From Defluviitaleaceae bacterium (GTDB lineage: Bacteria; Bacillota; Clostridia; Lachnospirales; WQUN01), in contig WQVY01000004.1 in NCBI GenBank assembly GCA_009785605.1, forward strand, positions 977 to 64,976: 64,000 nucleotides of DNA, given 5' to 3'. This document shows positions 1 through 9,078 of the stretch, piece by piece. The notes under the pieces were generated by a model. The model was given only the letters and a program-made list of their open reading frames with translations. It was not told the DNA's origin and searched no databases. The position numbers and the translations under genes were made by a program. The stretch's first letter is position 1; each line of letters starts with the position of its first letter.

Positions 1-1
1 T

Positions 2-1324
2 GGCTTAGTAAACGTGGCCGCAGGTGGCACTCCGGCAGAGGCATGGCTTTCAGAGGATATACTACGCACATTCCCTGAACTGCACGAGATATTAGAGCCT
101 TACAAGCGAAGCAGCCTTGCAAAAACGCAAAGCGAAAGTGATGCGTCACCAGAACAAGAAATAATGCAAAAATGGCATCAGCACTTGCAAGCAAGCGATA
201 AAGGTGTAGCCGAAGGATGGCACAGCGCTGATTATAATCATAGTCACTGGCAAGAAAAAATGCTTCTTGACACCCCACAAGAATATGGCGTGATATGGTA
301 TCGCAAAGATATTATATTACCAGATGATATAACCGGCCCATATGCGTTGACCCTGGGGCGGGTGGTTGATAGCGTTAAAGTATATGTAAACGGTACATTA
401 GTAACATCCGTTGACTACCAATACCCACCATGCAGGTGCATTATCCCAAGTGGGTTGCTTAAACCCGGCAGCAATACAATTGCAATAAGGGTTGTAGGGT
501 CATCCAACAAGTCACATTTTACCCCTGGTAAAGTTTACGAACTGGCGCACAGTAACGGCAGTATCAGCTTACTTGGCCCTTGGAAATGGCAGGTAGGATG
601 CGTAGTGCCGCGTCTCGAGCCAGCACAATGGCTATACAATATACCAACATGCACGTACAACTACATGCTGGCCCCAGTTTTAAACTACAGTGTTAGCGGT
701 GTAATATGGTATCAAGGGGAGTCAAATACAGGTAGCCCACAAGGGTACAAGTCATTGTTTGGCGCATTTGTTACGATGTTGCGCAAGCACCATGGGGAGG
801 GTTTGCCGGTGATTTACACTCAACTGGCCAATTATGTAGACCCCCATGGGTCGGGTGAAAACTGGGCAATGTTAAGAGACGAACAACGCCAATGCCTAGA
901 TATCCCCAATACAGCAATGGCCGTAACCATAGACTGTGGCGAATGGAACGACCTACACCCACAAGACAAAAAAAACGTTGGTGAGCGCTTGGCCTTGTGT
1001 GCAAGGCATCTAGCCTATGGCGAGGACATTGTACACTCTGGCCCTGTGGCCAAAAATGCGATATTTAGTAGTGGCGAACTCACAATAAACTTCGAATACG
1101 GGGCTGGGCTATGGGCAAAAAACGGCCGCCCGGTTGTGGAAGTACTGGGCCCCAACAATACAAAACATCACCTAAATGCAAAAATATGCGGTGAGTCATT
1201 AATAGTACAGGTTGGTGAACTTTGCGCACAGCGCGTACGTTTTGCGTGGATGGACTGCCCAACGGTTGTATTGTACAACGCATATGGGCTGCCCGCTTCA
1301 CCTTTTAGCATAGCAGTATCGTAA
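2..1324 (+). CDS. SASA-family carbohydrate O-acetylesterase (sialate O-acetylesterase-like), 5'-truncated by the window edge
   Basis: The frame is open from base 2, with no stop upstream of the GTG at 14. Motifs AAGGTPAEAW, IWYQGESN and NDLHPQDK resemble the SGNH-like sialate/xylan O-acetylesterase family. It lies in a neighbourhood with a GH67 gene. Confidence 0.6.
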   Translation, partial: GLVNVAAGGTPAEAWLSEDILRTFPELHEILEPYKRSSLAKTQSESDASPEQEIMQKWHQHLQASDKGVAEGWHSADYNHSHWQEKMLLDTPQEYGVIWYRKDIILPDDITGPYALTLGRVVDSVKVYVNGTLVTSVDYQYPPCRCIIPSGLLKPGSNTIAIRVVGSSNKSHFTPGKVYELAHSNGSISLLGPWKWQVGCVVPRLEPAQWLYNIPTCTYNYMLAPVLNYSVSGVIWYQGESNTGSPQGYKSLFGAFVTMLRKHHGEGLPVIYTQLANYVDPHGSGENWAMLRDEQRQCLDIPNTAMAVTIDCGEWNDLHPQDKKNVGERLALCARHLAYGEDIVHSGPVAKNAIFSSGELTINFEYGAGLWAKNGRPVVEVLGPNNTKHHLNAKICGESLIVQVGELCAQRVRFAWMDCPTVVLYNAYGLPASPFSIAVS

Positions 1325-1369
1325 ATCATTTGTACTTAATAAATAATTTGAACATGAAAAGAGGATGAC

Positions 1370-2191
1370 ATGAAATCATTATCATTTGACGCTTATACCC
1401 TTAAGTGGGTCGCGGTAATCGCTATGATAGCCAACCACATTGCCATAGGGCTTGCCCCGGTTATACCCATAGTGCCATTGTTTGTCTTGTACGCTGTGGG
1501 TGGGTTTACCTATGTAATAATGGCGTTTTTTGTGGTAGAGGGGTACAGGCATACCTCTAACCTAAAAAAATATATAGGGCGGTTGTTTGTGTTTGGTTTG
1601 ATTGCACAGGCATTTCACCCAATGGTGCTGGGCAGTACAGATTTACTGGGTACGGGGTTTTTCTTTAATATTATGTACACCATTATATTGGGTTTACTTG
1701 TTTTGCTTATGTATGACAAGATAAAAATCCGCGTTTTGTTCTGGCTCTTGTTTGTTGTTGCATGTGTTGTGGCTATGTTTATGGACTTATTTTTTATTGG
1801 GGTTTTGATGCCGCTTTTATATCATGCTATCAAAAAGGAAAGTCGTAGGCGTACACTGCCGGGCATTATTTCCGGCATACTTTTTTTATTGTTTGGGCTA
1901 CTAAGTGCAATGGCACCGGTTATATACCTGCTAACAGGCGAACTGGCAGAAGACGTTTACGCCATAGCCGAGACAACGGGCATGACAGTAGAACTGATGG
2001 CAGTTGTGCCTTCGTTTGCCATTGGTTGCTTCTTGGGTGCTATCTTGATACGCAACTACAATGGCGAAAGAGGAAAACGTGCAAAATGGCTGTTTTATGT
2101 GGCCTACCCGCTTCACCTAGCTATTATTGCCTTGGTTGCGGTTGCAGCAGGGGTTACGGCGTTTAACTTATTTGGGTTTATAACATTTTAA
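1370..2191 (+). CDS. TraX-family polytopic membrane protein
   Basis: The protein has multiple hydrophobic segments. The N-terminal LKWVAVIAMIANHIA resembles the TraX-family signature. An AGGA RBS-like purine run precedes the ATG. Confidence 0.5.
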   Translation: MKSLSFDAYTLKWVAVIAMIANHIAIGLAPVIPIVPLFVLYAVGGFTYVIMAFFVVEGYRHTSNLKKYIGRLFVFGLIAQAFHPMVLGSTDLLGTGFFFNIMYTIILGLLVLLMYDKIKIRVLFWLLFVVACVVAMFMDLFFIGVLMPLLYHAIKKESRRRTLPGIISGILFLLFGLLSAMAPVIYLLTGELAEDVYAIAETTGMTVELMAVVPSFAIGCFLGAILIRNYNGERGKRAKWLFYVAYPLHLAIIALVAVAAGVTAFNLFGFITF

Positions 2192-2201
2192 TAGACTTAT
2201 T

Positions 2202-2999
2202 TCACGACTGCACAGATGAAGGTGTCGCTCCTTTATACTTCTTAAACAGCCGGCTAAAGTAGAAGACATCTTTAAACCCGCATTTGAGTGCTATTTCTGT
2301 GATACTCCCATCCCCGGCACGCAGCATGTCCTCTGCTTGGTTAAGTCTTATTGTATTAAGATAATCACGGAATGTGGTACCCACCTCCTGCTTAAACAAT
2401 ATGCCTAAGTAGTTGGGGGTAAGATGCACTTCTTTTGCGGCATCTGTAATACAAACTGGCTCTGTAAAATTGTTTGTAATATAGCGTATTGTGGCTTTAA
2501 TACGTGCGTCAAACCGGGATGTATCCACTTCATATAGCAACATTTCAAAAAAACGCTGCAAGATAAGCATAAAATAGGCGCGTACCCGCATTGTATATCC
2601 GGGGCCGCGCCTAAGCCAGTTTTCGTTGAGTCTTTTAAACAATGAGATTATGCCTTCATGTATGCCAACAGAAGCCACCAATGGCAAAGGGATATTAACA
2701 TCGTTGTTGCCGGTCCCAAGCTCAAGCCCATACATATTAAAGTTTACCGCGAAGCACTCTAACATTTCTGCCGTATGACTAATGGCAGAGCGGCTGGATT
2801 GCTTTGGTATGCACAACAAGTCCCCAGCAGATACGGCTATTTTTTCGTCATTGATTATGTAAACAGCGTCGCCGCCTATTATATAAGTCATATCCACAAA
2901 GTCCGTAATAGAAGGCTCTATCCGCCAGCCATATGTATCTTTGCGGTAACTAAAGTAGTCTATACACGGCACTGCATTGTCAAAATCATAACTGTTCAT
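2202..2999 (-). CDS. AraC/XylS-family transcriptional regulator
   Basis: The N-terminal half is cupin-like and the C-terminal half is a double HTH (ITEIALKCGFKDVFYFSRLFKKYKGATPS). It is divergent from the GH67 gene. Confidence 0.85.
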   Translation of the reverse strand: MNSYDFDNAVPCIDYFSYRKDTYGWRIEPSITDFVDMTYIIGGDAVYIINDEKIAVSAGDLLCIPKQSSRSAISHTAEMLECFAVNFNMYGLELGTGNNDVNIPLPLVASVGIHEGIISLFKRLNENWLRRGPGYTMRVRAYFMLILQRFFEMLLYEVDTSRFDARIKATIRYITNNFTEPVCITDAAKEVHLTPNYLGILFKQEVGTTFRDYLNTIRLNQAEDMLRAGDGSITEIALKCGFKDVFYFSRLFKKYKGATPSSVQS

Positions 3000-3201
3000 A
3001 TGCTCTCCCTAGAAAACACAAAGTTTCCTTACTATATCTATGTCTGTTTCAACCTGTCAAGGCTATAGTAATACCAATAAGATTTTATGTGAAATTGGTA
3101 CATGGAAATATGAAAAACATGGAGGAAGTGTGAAACATCCGCGAAGCGGATTTTCATACCAACCTATTTGTTCCGCCAACGAAGGAGGCATGAATTAAGT
3201 A

Positions 3202-5118
3202 ATGGATAAAAACAACCAATTTGGGTATCACGCATGGCTTCAACCAAGGGTAATAGAAAGCTTACCAGGTTTTACTTTGTCTGGGCTAGAAGGCTTTGCA
3301 TATGATGAGTGCAAAAAAGGCATAGCAAGGCTAACCGGCGGCAAGCCAGGCAACACGAACATAGAGCTATCTATATCAGACACGCTGACGCATGAGGCAT
3401 ATACAATAACCGGCTCATTTGACGGCATAAGCATTGCCGGCGGCGGCGAAAGCGGCCTACTATACGGGGTATATGGGCTACTAGCACGCCTATCACAAGG
3501 CCAGACACAGTTTGATGTCACCGAAAAACCCGCTACATCAAGGCGTATCCTAAACCACTGGGATAACATAGACGGCAGTGTAGAGCGCGGTTATAGCGGC
3601 AAATCTTTATTTTTTAAAGACGGGCAAATAGCGTATGACCCAGAGCGTTTGCATGATTACGCCCGTCTGCTTGCAAGTATTGGTATCAATCAAATATGCA
3701 TAAACAACGTAAACGTATACTTTCAAAGCGCACAGCTTATAACACAAAAATTGCCGGATGTAGCGCGCATAGCAGATATCTTCCGCCCCTTCGGTATAAA
3801 GCTGATAATATCCGTGCATTTCGAAAGTCCGGCTTTGTTGGGGGGGCTTGAAACCTCTGACCCGCTGGATGAGGATGTTGCTAACTGGTGGAAACAAGCT
3901 ACGGCAGAAGTATATAAACACATCCCTGACCTGGCCGGCTTCTTGATAAAGGCCGACTCTGAGTTTAGGGCTGGCCCTATGTCACTAGGGCGTACCCAGG
4001 CAGAGGGTGCAAATGTTATTGCAAAGGCACTAAAGCCCTTTGGGGGTATGGCATATTGGCGCTGCTTTGTTTATAACTGTATGCAAGACTGGCGGGACAC
4101 CGTAACAGATAGGCCCAAGGCCGCATACAACTATTTCAAGCCCCTGGATGGGGATTTCGATGATAATGTCATGCTGCAAATCAAGCACGGCCCTTCGGAT
4201 TTCCAAGTGCGCGAGCCCAATTCGCCTTTGCTTGGGGCAATGGACAACACGCGTCAAGGGATGGAGCTGCAAGTTACACAGGAGTACACCGGCCAGCAAA
4301 AAGATTTATACGCCCTAGCAGTGCAATGGGAAGAAATTTTCGAGCATCCAGTGACCAGTACAAGCAAGACCAGGGATTTAGTTGGCAATAAAATCGAGGC
4401 AGTAGTAGCTGTGGCCAATACAGGAAGCGATGCCAATTGGACGGGTCACCTACTTGCACAAGCAAACTTATATGCCTTTGGTAAAATGGCATGGGACCCA
4501 ACACTTACAGCTGCACAAGTTACCAAGGAATGGGTCGCACTTACATTTGGTACCAATCCGCAATTATTTGACCCAATGGTTGATATGATACTAAGCTCAA
4601 GAGCTGTATATGAAAAGTACAACGCACCCTTAGGCATTGGCTGGATGGTAAACATAAACCATCACTATGGCCCCAGCGTAGACGGGTACGAGTATATGAA
4701 GTGGGGGACGTATCACAGGGCAGATACAAAAGCTATAGGTGTAGACCGTACATCTGCCGGCACGGGCCTAACAGCCCAATATCACCCATATGTACGTGAT
4801 ATGTACGAAGATAAAAAAACCTGCCCAGAGGAGATAATGCTATATTTCCATAGGCTACCATACAATTACCGCCTCAAAAGTGGCCAGACACTTATACAAT
4901 ATATTTATGATACCCACTTCGAAGGCGTTGACGATGTAAAAGGCTTTATACAAACATGGGAATCCATAAAAGAACATATGCCCATAGACGCCTATACCCC
5001 AGTAAGGCAGCGCCTAGACGCCCAGCTAAAAAACGCTGAAGAATGGCGGGATGTAGTAAACTCATACTTCTACCGCAAGACAGGGATAGCAGACGAAAAA
5101 GGAAGAAAAATTTACTAG
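3202..5118 (+). CDS. aguA: alpha-glucuronidase, glycoside hydrolase family 67
   Basis: Contains GYHAWLQ near the N-terminus plus NHWDNIDGSVERGYSG and HGPSDFQVREP motifs typical of GH67. A GGAGG RBS lies upstream. Confidence 0.85.
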   Translation: MDKNNQFGYHAWLQPRVIESLPGFTLSGLEGFAYDECKKGIARLTGGKPGNTNIELSISDTLTHEAYTITGSFDGISIAGGGESGLLYGVYGLLARLSQGQTQFDVTEKPATSRRILNHWDNIDGSVERGYSGKSLFFKDGQIAYDPERLHDYARLLASIGINQICINNVNVYFQSAQLITQKLPDVARIADIFRPFGIKLIISVHFESPALLGGLETSDPLDEDVANWWKQATAEVYKHIPDLAGFLIKADSEFRAGPMSLGRTQAEGANVIAKALKPFGGMAYWRCFVYNCMQDWRDTVTDRPKAAYNYFKPLDGDFDDNVMLQIKHGPSDFQVREPNSPLLGAMDNTRQGMELQVTQEYTGQQKDLYALAVQWEEIFEHPVTSTSKTRDLVGNKIEAVVAVANTGSDANWTGHLLAQANLYAFGKMAWDPTLTAAQVTKEWVALTFGTNPQLFDPMVDMILSSRAVYEKYNAPLGIGWMVNINHHYGPSVDGYEYMKWGTYHRADTKAIGVDRTSAGTGLTAQYHPYVRDMYEDKKTCPEEIMLYFHRLPYNYRLKSGQTLIQYIYDTHFEGVDDVKGFIQTWESIKEHMPIDAYTPVRQRLDAQLKNAEEWRDVVNSYFYRKTGIADEKGRKIY

Positions 5119-5120
5119 AT

Positions 5121-5843
5121 TTATACCATAAACGCCTCAGACACAAGCTTCCACTCAAAATGAAAACGCCAAAGCATACGTGCAGATTGCCACAACTCTT
5201 GAAGCACATCATCATGTGCCTTAAACCTAAACGCCACGGCTAAATCGCTACCCATGATATGGCGCAATGCATATACCGCCCCCCGGGAAAACGGTATGCC
5301 ATATCCAGGCTTGTGCACAGCACATACCAACCCCTCTGACGAGAAAAACGCGCCACTTTCTACATCGCTACCGCATGTTACACATGTATCAACTTCAGGT
5401 GCGAACCCATAGTAAGCATAAAAACGCATAAAAAAAACACCAATAACATGCAGTGGTGGTAGTAATGGCTTGCTTAAATGTGAAAGGGCCCTTAATGCAA
5501 GCCGCAATAAATCATCACATGCGATGTTCTCAAGCAGTGTCTTCTCGCAAACTTCTGCAAGCAAATGGGCTGCAGTAAGGCGGTCGTAATCTGTCCTCAA
5601 ACCGTAGAAATTTTCTATAATCTGGGCCTGGGCCAGGGCGTGAAAACCGCGCCCTACGGTTATCACAAAGTCTGCATATGTAAACAACTGCGCGGCGGCC
5701 ATAAACTTGCTTTTTGGCTTGCGGGCGCCGCGCGCATAAATCATCATCCGGCCATGTTCTTTACATAAAAGCAATAAGCGTTTATCTGATTCGCCGGCTT
5801 CATATTCCCTTAGTACCAGGCCACGGGCTTTAATTGTCTGCAT
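5121..5843 (-). CDS. recO: DNA repair protein RecO
   Basis: The N-terminal OB-fold pattern is MQTIKARGLVLREYEAGESDKRLLLL, with a CxxC zinc motif (CVTCGS). It sits in conserved era-yqzL-recO synteny. Confidence 0.9.
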   Translation of the reverse strand: MQTIKARGLVLREYEAGESDKRLLLLCKEHGRMMIYARGARKPKSKFMAAAQLFTYADFVITVGRGFHALAQAQIIENFYGLRTDYDRLTAAHLLAEVCEKTLLENIACDDLLRLALRALSHLSKPLLPPLHVIGVFFMRFYAYYGFAPEVDTCVTCGSDVESGAFFSSEGLVCAVHKPGYGIPFSRGAVYALRHIMGSDLAVAFRFKAHDDVLQELWQSARMLWRFHFEWKLVSEAFMV

Positions 5844-5955
5844 GGCGCTTTTTTGGGCTTACATCGTCCATTGTGCGGCTTTGCTTGTAGGCTAGGTATA
5901 CTTTAGGGTCGCCAGATTTGGCAAACTGTTGCCAGTACTTCATATGTTGTTCCAT
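5830..5955 (-). CDS. yqzL: YqzL-like small protein (41 aa), not in the ORF track
   Basis: My translation is MEQHMKYWQQFAKSGDPKVYLAYKQSRTMDDVSPKKRHADN. The W..F..(S/T)G....YL.YK pattern matches B. subtilis YqzL. It occupies the same position between era and recO and overlaps the recO start by 14 nt. Confidence 0.5.
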   Translation of the reverse strand: MEQHMKYWQQFAKSGDPKVYLAYKQSRTMDDVSPKKRHADN

Positions 5956-6081
5956 TTATATCCCCTTATCATATGTGTTTTGTCCTAACTTATTTTGACC
6001 AACTACCCCAGTGCTATGCTATCGAATTACTGGTAATGTATTAACTGCTCGAAGGTACAAATTTAACAATGCCTTTGGCAT

Positions 6082-7017
6082 TTAACTGCTCGACGGTGTG
6101 TACCCAAAGTTCTTAAGCATAAAGTCACTGTCGCGCCAATTTTTCTTTACTTTAACCCACAGTTCTAAATAAACCCTGTAGCCCAGAAGCGCTTCTATAT
6201 CCCGTCGTGCAGCTGCACCTATACGCTTTAGCATTGCACCTTGCTTACCTATAATTATGGCTTTATGGCTATCTTTTTCGCAAAAAATATTTGCGCCAAT
6301 GTCTACCAGTGCATCAGGGTTTTCTTCATCATGTCCTTCGCGCAATTTGAAATGAGTAATCTCTATTGCCATGCCATGTGGCACTTCTTCCTGCAAGAAG
6401 GTCAGGGCCTTTTCGCGGACAATTTCCGAAGTAATTTGCCGCTCGGGCTGGTCTGTTATTTGGTCGCCTGGGAAGTACATAGGCCCTTTGGGGAGCACAC
6501 CGCGTATAGCATTAAGAAGCCCCACTGTGTTATCGCCCTTTAGTGCCGATAGGGGGATGATGTCACTAAAAGGGTACAGCTGGCGGTATTGGTCTATAAT
6601 AGCCAATAAATCCTGTTTTGGTATTGTGTCTACCTTGTTAATTGCCAAAAATACAGGTGTCGTCATAGCACGTTTTTTACTGCCGGTAAGCCGCTGGATG
6701 ATAGCCATATCTTCTGCTGGTATCTTTTTCTTAGGTTCGACCATATATATGACAGCATCGGCTTCGCCAATGGCATTTACAGCGCTCCTAACCATAAAAT
6801 CCCCCAACTTGGATGTAGGCGTATGAATCCCTGGGGTGTCTATAAACACAATTTGATAATCTTCACCTGTAAGAATACTGCGGATTTTGTTGCGGGTAGT
6901 TTGGGGCTTGCTGGTGACAATAGAAATCTTTTCTCCAACAAAATGGTTCATAAGTGTGGACTTACCTACATTGGGCCGCCCTATTAATGTCACAAAACCG
7001 GAATAAAAATCTGTCAT
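6082..7017 (-). CDS. era: GTPase Era
   Basis: Contains G1 GRPNVGKST, G3 DTPG and G4 NKVD, followed by a C-terminal KH domain. Confidence 0.95.
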   Translation of the reverse strand: MTDFYSGFVTLIGRPNVGKSTLMNHFVGEKISIVTSKPQTTRNKIRSILTGEDYQIVFIDTPGIHTPTSKLGDFMVRSAVNAIGEADAVIYMVEPKKKIPAEDMAIIQRLTGSKKRAMTTPVFLAINKVDTIPKQDLLAIIDQYRQLYPFSDIIPLSALKGDNTVGLLNAIRGVLPKGPMYFPGDQITDQPERQITSEIVREKALTFLQEEVPHGMAIEITHFKLREGHDEENPDALVDIGANIFCEKDSHKAIIIGKQGAMLKRIGAAARRDIEALLGYRVYLELWVKVKKNWRDSDFMLKNFGYTPSSS

Positions 7018-7061
7018 ACATATCTCCTTAGTATGGAAAATGGCACTTACAGTCTTACATA

Positions 7062-8228
7062 TTATTCAAAAATCACATCTCCATGTGCCTGAAACACACA
7101 TATCCAAATGCGCCCCGGCCGAAGGGTTAGCGGGGTCCCATCTGCAAAATACCAGCGCATAGGCGCGGTATGGCTGTCTTTTGCCCAGCGCACAACCTGA
7201 TACCGGCCCCCAGAAATCAAATATCCATTGCCTGACCCAACAGTATCAACTACACGCCGCCCCTCACCGTCAATTACACGCATTGTAGTAAATTGCACCA
7301 ATATATTCCCTACACCAACATGTTCGGCTGTATCTGCGTCCAGGTTGGGGCCATGGCGGTTTTCGGCCATGTACAGCCCCGTTTCCGGGTCAAAAACAAA
7401 CCTGCGATAGTACCACTGCGAAAAAGGCACAGTAACAACATAAGCCTGCCCGCCGTCGCTGTTGGTATGAGCCGTACTGCCAAAATTAAAGTTAAACCCA
7501 TATACATCAGAATATTCTTGCCAATAATCGCGGATGCCCCGGTTGTATAAATGAGTTAACAGCCGCTCCCGACCGGTATATGAGCTGTGTTCTAATGGGC
7601 GCGTGCCGGTGTTAAACGCCCATTCTGGATAAGTCCTGTCCCGCCAAAAAACAGTCCCCTCAAGAGCCATACCGTCTAGGTTTGTAACCCTTAAATTGTT
7701 TATGCGCGAATATCCGCTAGGGCTGGACCCATGGTGGATAAACAGCGCGTCATGATTAAGTGCAAAATCAATAAAATAGTCCCGTGCCGAACGCATAGGC
7801 CCCAACTTTTCTGGGATATATGACTGAAAAATCCCTACCAGCCTAGTAATATCACCTTCGGCCAGCACTTCATAAATAATATCAGCAGATGCAATACCGC
7901 TTTGAGGTTGTGCTCTAGAAGAATTGTTTATAACCGCCGCAAATGGCCGGCGATACAGGTATTGTTCCTCTATAGGCAAGCCGGTTAAGCTGCTAAAAGG
8001 CCCACCATGTTGTAAAAAAGGCAAAAACTCAAATGGCGACTCTATCGCCCGTGATGATGCAGTTGGTGGGTTATTACCATCACTTGGAGGTGGGGACGGC
8101 ATATCAATAAAAACACCACCCTCATACCAAACGCTTTCGTCATCATTGGCACAAGCAGCAACAACCAAACAACCGGCCAGCATCCCCAAAGCAATTAAAA
8201 CACGGAAGCGCCTAAGCATATCCATCAT
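7062..8228 (-). CDS. DUF3048-family lipoprotein (YerB-like)
   Basis: Has a signal peptide with a lipobox (LVVAAC). The stretch PFAAVINNSSRAQPQSGIASADIIYEVLAEGDITRLVGIF is typical of the DUF3048 N-terminal domain. Confidence 0.7.
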   Translation of the reverse strand: MMDMLRRFRVLIALGMLAGCLVVAACANDDESVWYEGGVFIDMPSPPPSDGNNPPTASSRAIESPFEFLPFLQHGGPFSSLTGLPIEEQYLYRRPFAAVINNSSRAQPQSGIASADIIYEVLAEGDITRLVGIFQSYIPEKLGPMRSARDYFIDFALNHDALFIHHGSSPSGYSRINNLRVTNLDGMALEGTVFWRDRTYPEWAFNTGTRPLEHSSYTGRERLLTHLYNRGIRDYWQEYSDVYGFNFNFGSTAHTNSDGGQAYVVTVPFSQWYYRRFVFDPETGLYMAENRHGPNLDADTAEHVGVGNILVQFTTMRVIDGEGRRVVDTVGSGNGYLISGGRYQVVRWAKDSHTAPMRWYFADGTPLTLRPGRIWICVFQAHGDVIFE

Positions 8229-8256
8229 AAACCAATATCTCCTTCGGCAGATATAT

Positions 8257-8625
8257 TCATACGGTCAAACCCCTTATAACAGAAACAGCAACAAGTATCC
8301 CCACAACCAAGGCTTGCACCGCAGCCAAAAGCACAGCCCCGGCGGCTGCATCTTTTGCCAATTTAGCCAATGGGTGGGGTTTGCCACGGCAATACATATC
8401 TACCAACGCCTCTACGGCTGTGTTTACCAGCTCCATAGCCATAACAAAAAAAATAGAGAACCCTACCATAGCAAAATAAATAAAGCTCACTCGAAACACG
8501 ATGCATGCAGCTAAAGCCAGCACCGCACACACAATGTGGATACGAAAGTTCCGTTCACGCCGTGCTGTATTTTTTATGCCATTTATCGCATGGCGTAAAG
8601 ATTCAAACCAATTTCTACTTTTCAT
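8257..8625 (-). CDS. dgkA: diacylglycerol/undecaprenol kinase (DgkA family)
   Basis: A 122-aa three-TM protein. It contains NFRIH and the ELVNTAVEALVD motif, and sits downstream of ybeY as in Bacillus. Confidence 0.8.
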   Translation of the reverse strand: MKSRNWFESLRHAINGIKNTARRERNFRIHIVCAVLALAACIVFRVSFIYFAMVGFSIFFVMAMELVNTAVEALVDMYCRGKPHPLAKLAKDAAAGAVLLAAVQALVVGILVAVSVIRGLTV

Positions 8626-9064
8626 TTCTAGATATACCCAATAAGCCCAAAACCTTGTCTTGTGTCGCGCACATTATAGCCTCGTCTTCTGGTGTTTCAT
8701 GGTCATATCCAAGCAAATGCAACATCCCATGAGCCACCAAAAAAGATAACTCTCTTTCAAGGCTATGCCCATATTCGTCTGCTTGTACTTTTGCAACATC
8801 CATGCATATGACTATATCGCCAAGTGGGCGGCCCGGCCCAATAACAAACTCGTCACTAACAGGGAAGCTAAGCACATCTGTTGCCAAATCCTTGCCGCGG
8901 TAATCCCGGTTTAGCGATTGTATTTCATCAGTGCTTACAAAGGAAATACTAACCTCAGATGCATTTGTATCTGGTACAAGCTTAGCTGTAGCTTCTACAA
9001 CCCGGTTAAGCAGCTCTATTTGTGTAGCAGTTAACTCCCCACCATCATCCATATAAATATCCAT
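8615..9064 (-). CDS. ybeY: rRNA maturation endoribonuclease YbeY
   Basis: Contains the zinc motif HGMLHLLGYDH. It overlaps dgkA by 11 nt. Confidence 0.9.
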   Translation of the reverse strand: MDIYMDDGGELTATQIELLNRVVEATAKLVPDTNASEVSISFVSTDEIQSLNRDYRGKDLATDVLSFPVSDEFVIGPGRPLGDIVICMDVAKVQADEYGHSLERELSFLVAHGMLHLLGYDHETPEDEAIMCATQDKVLGLLGISRNEK

Positions 9065-9078
9065 GTCTACTCCTTAAT

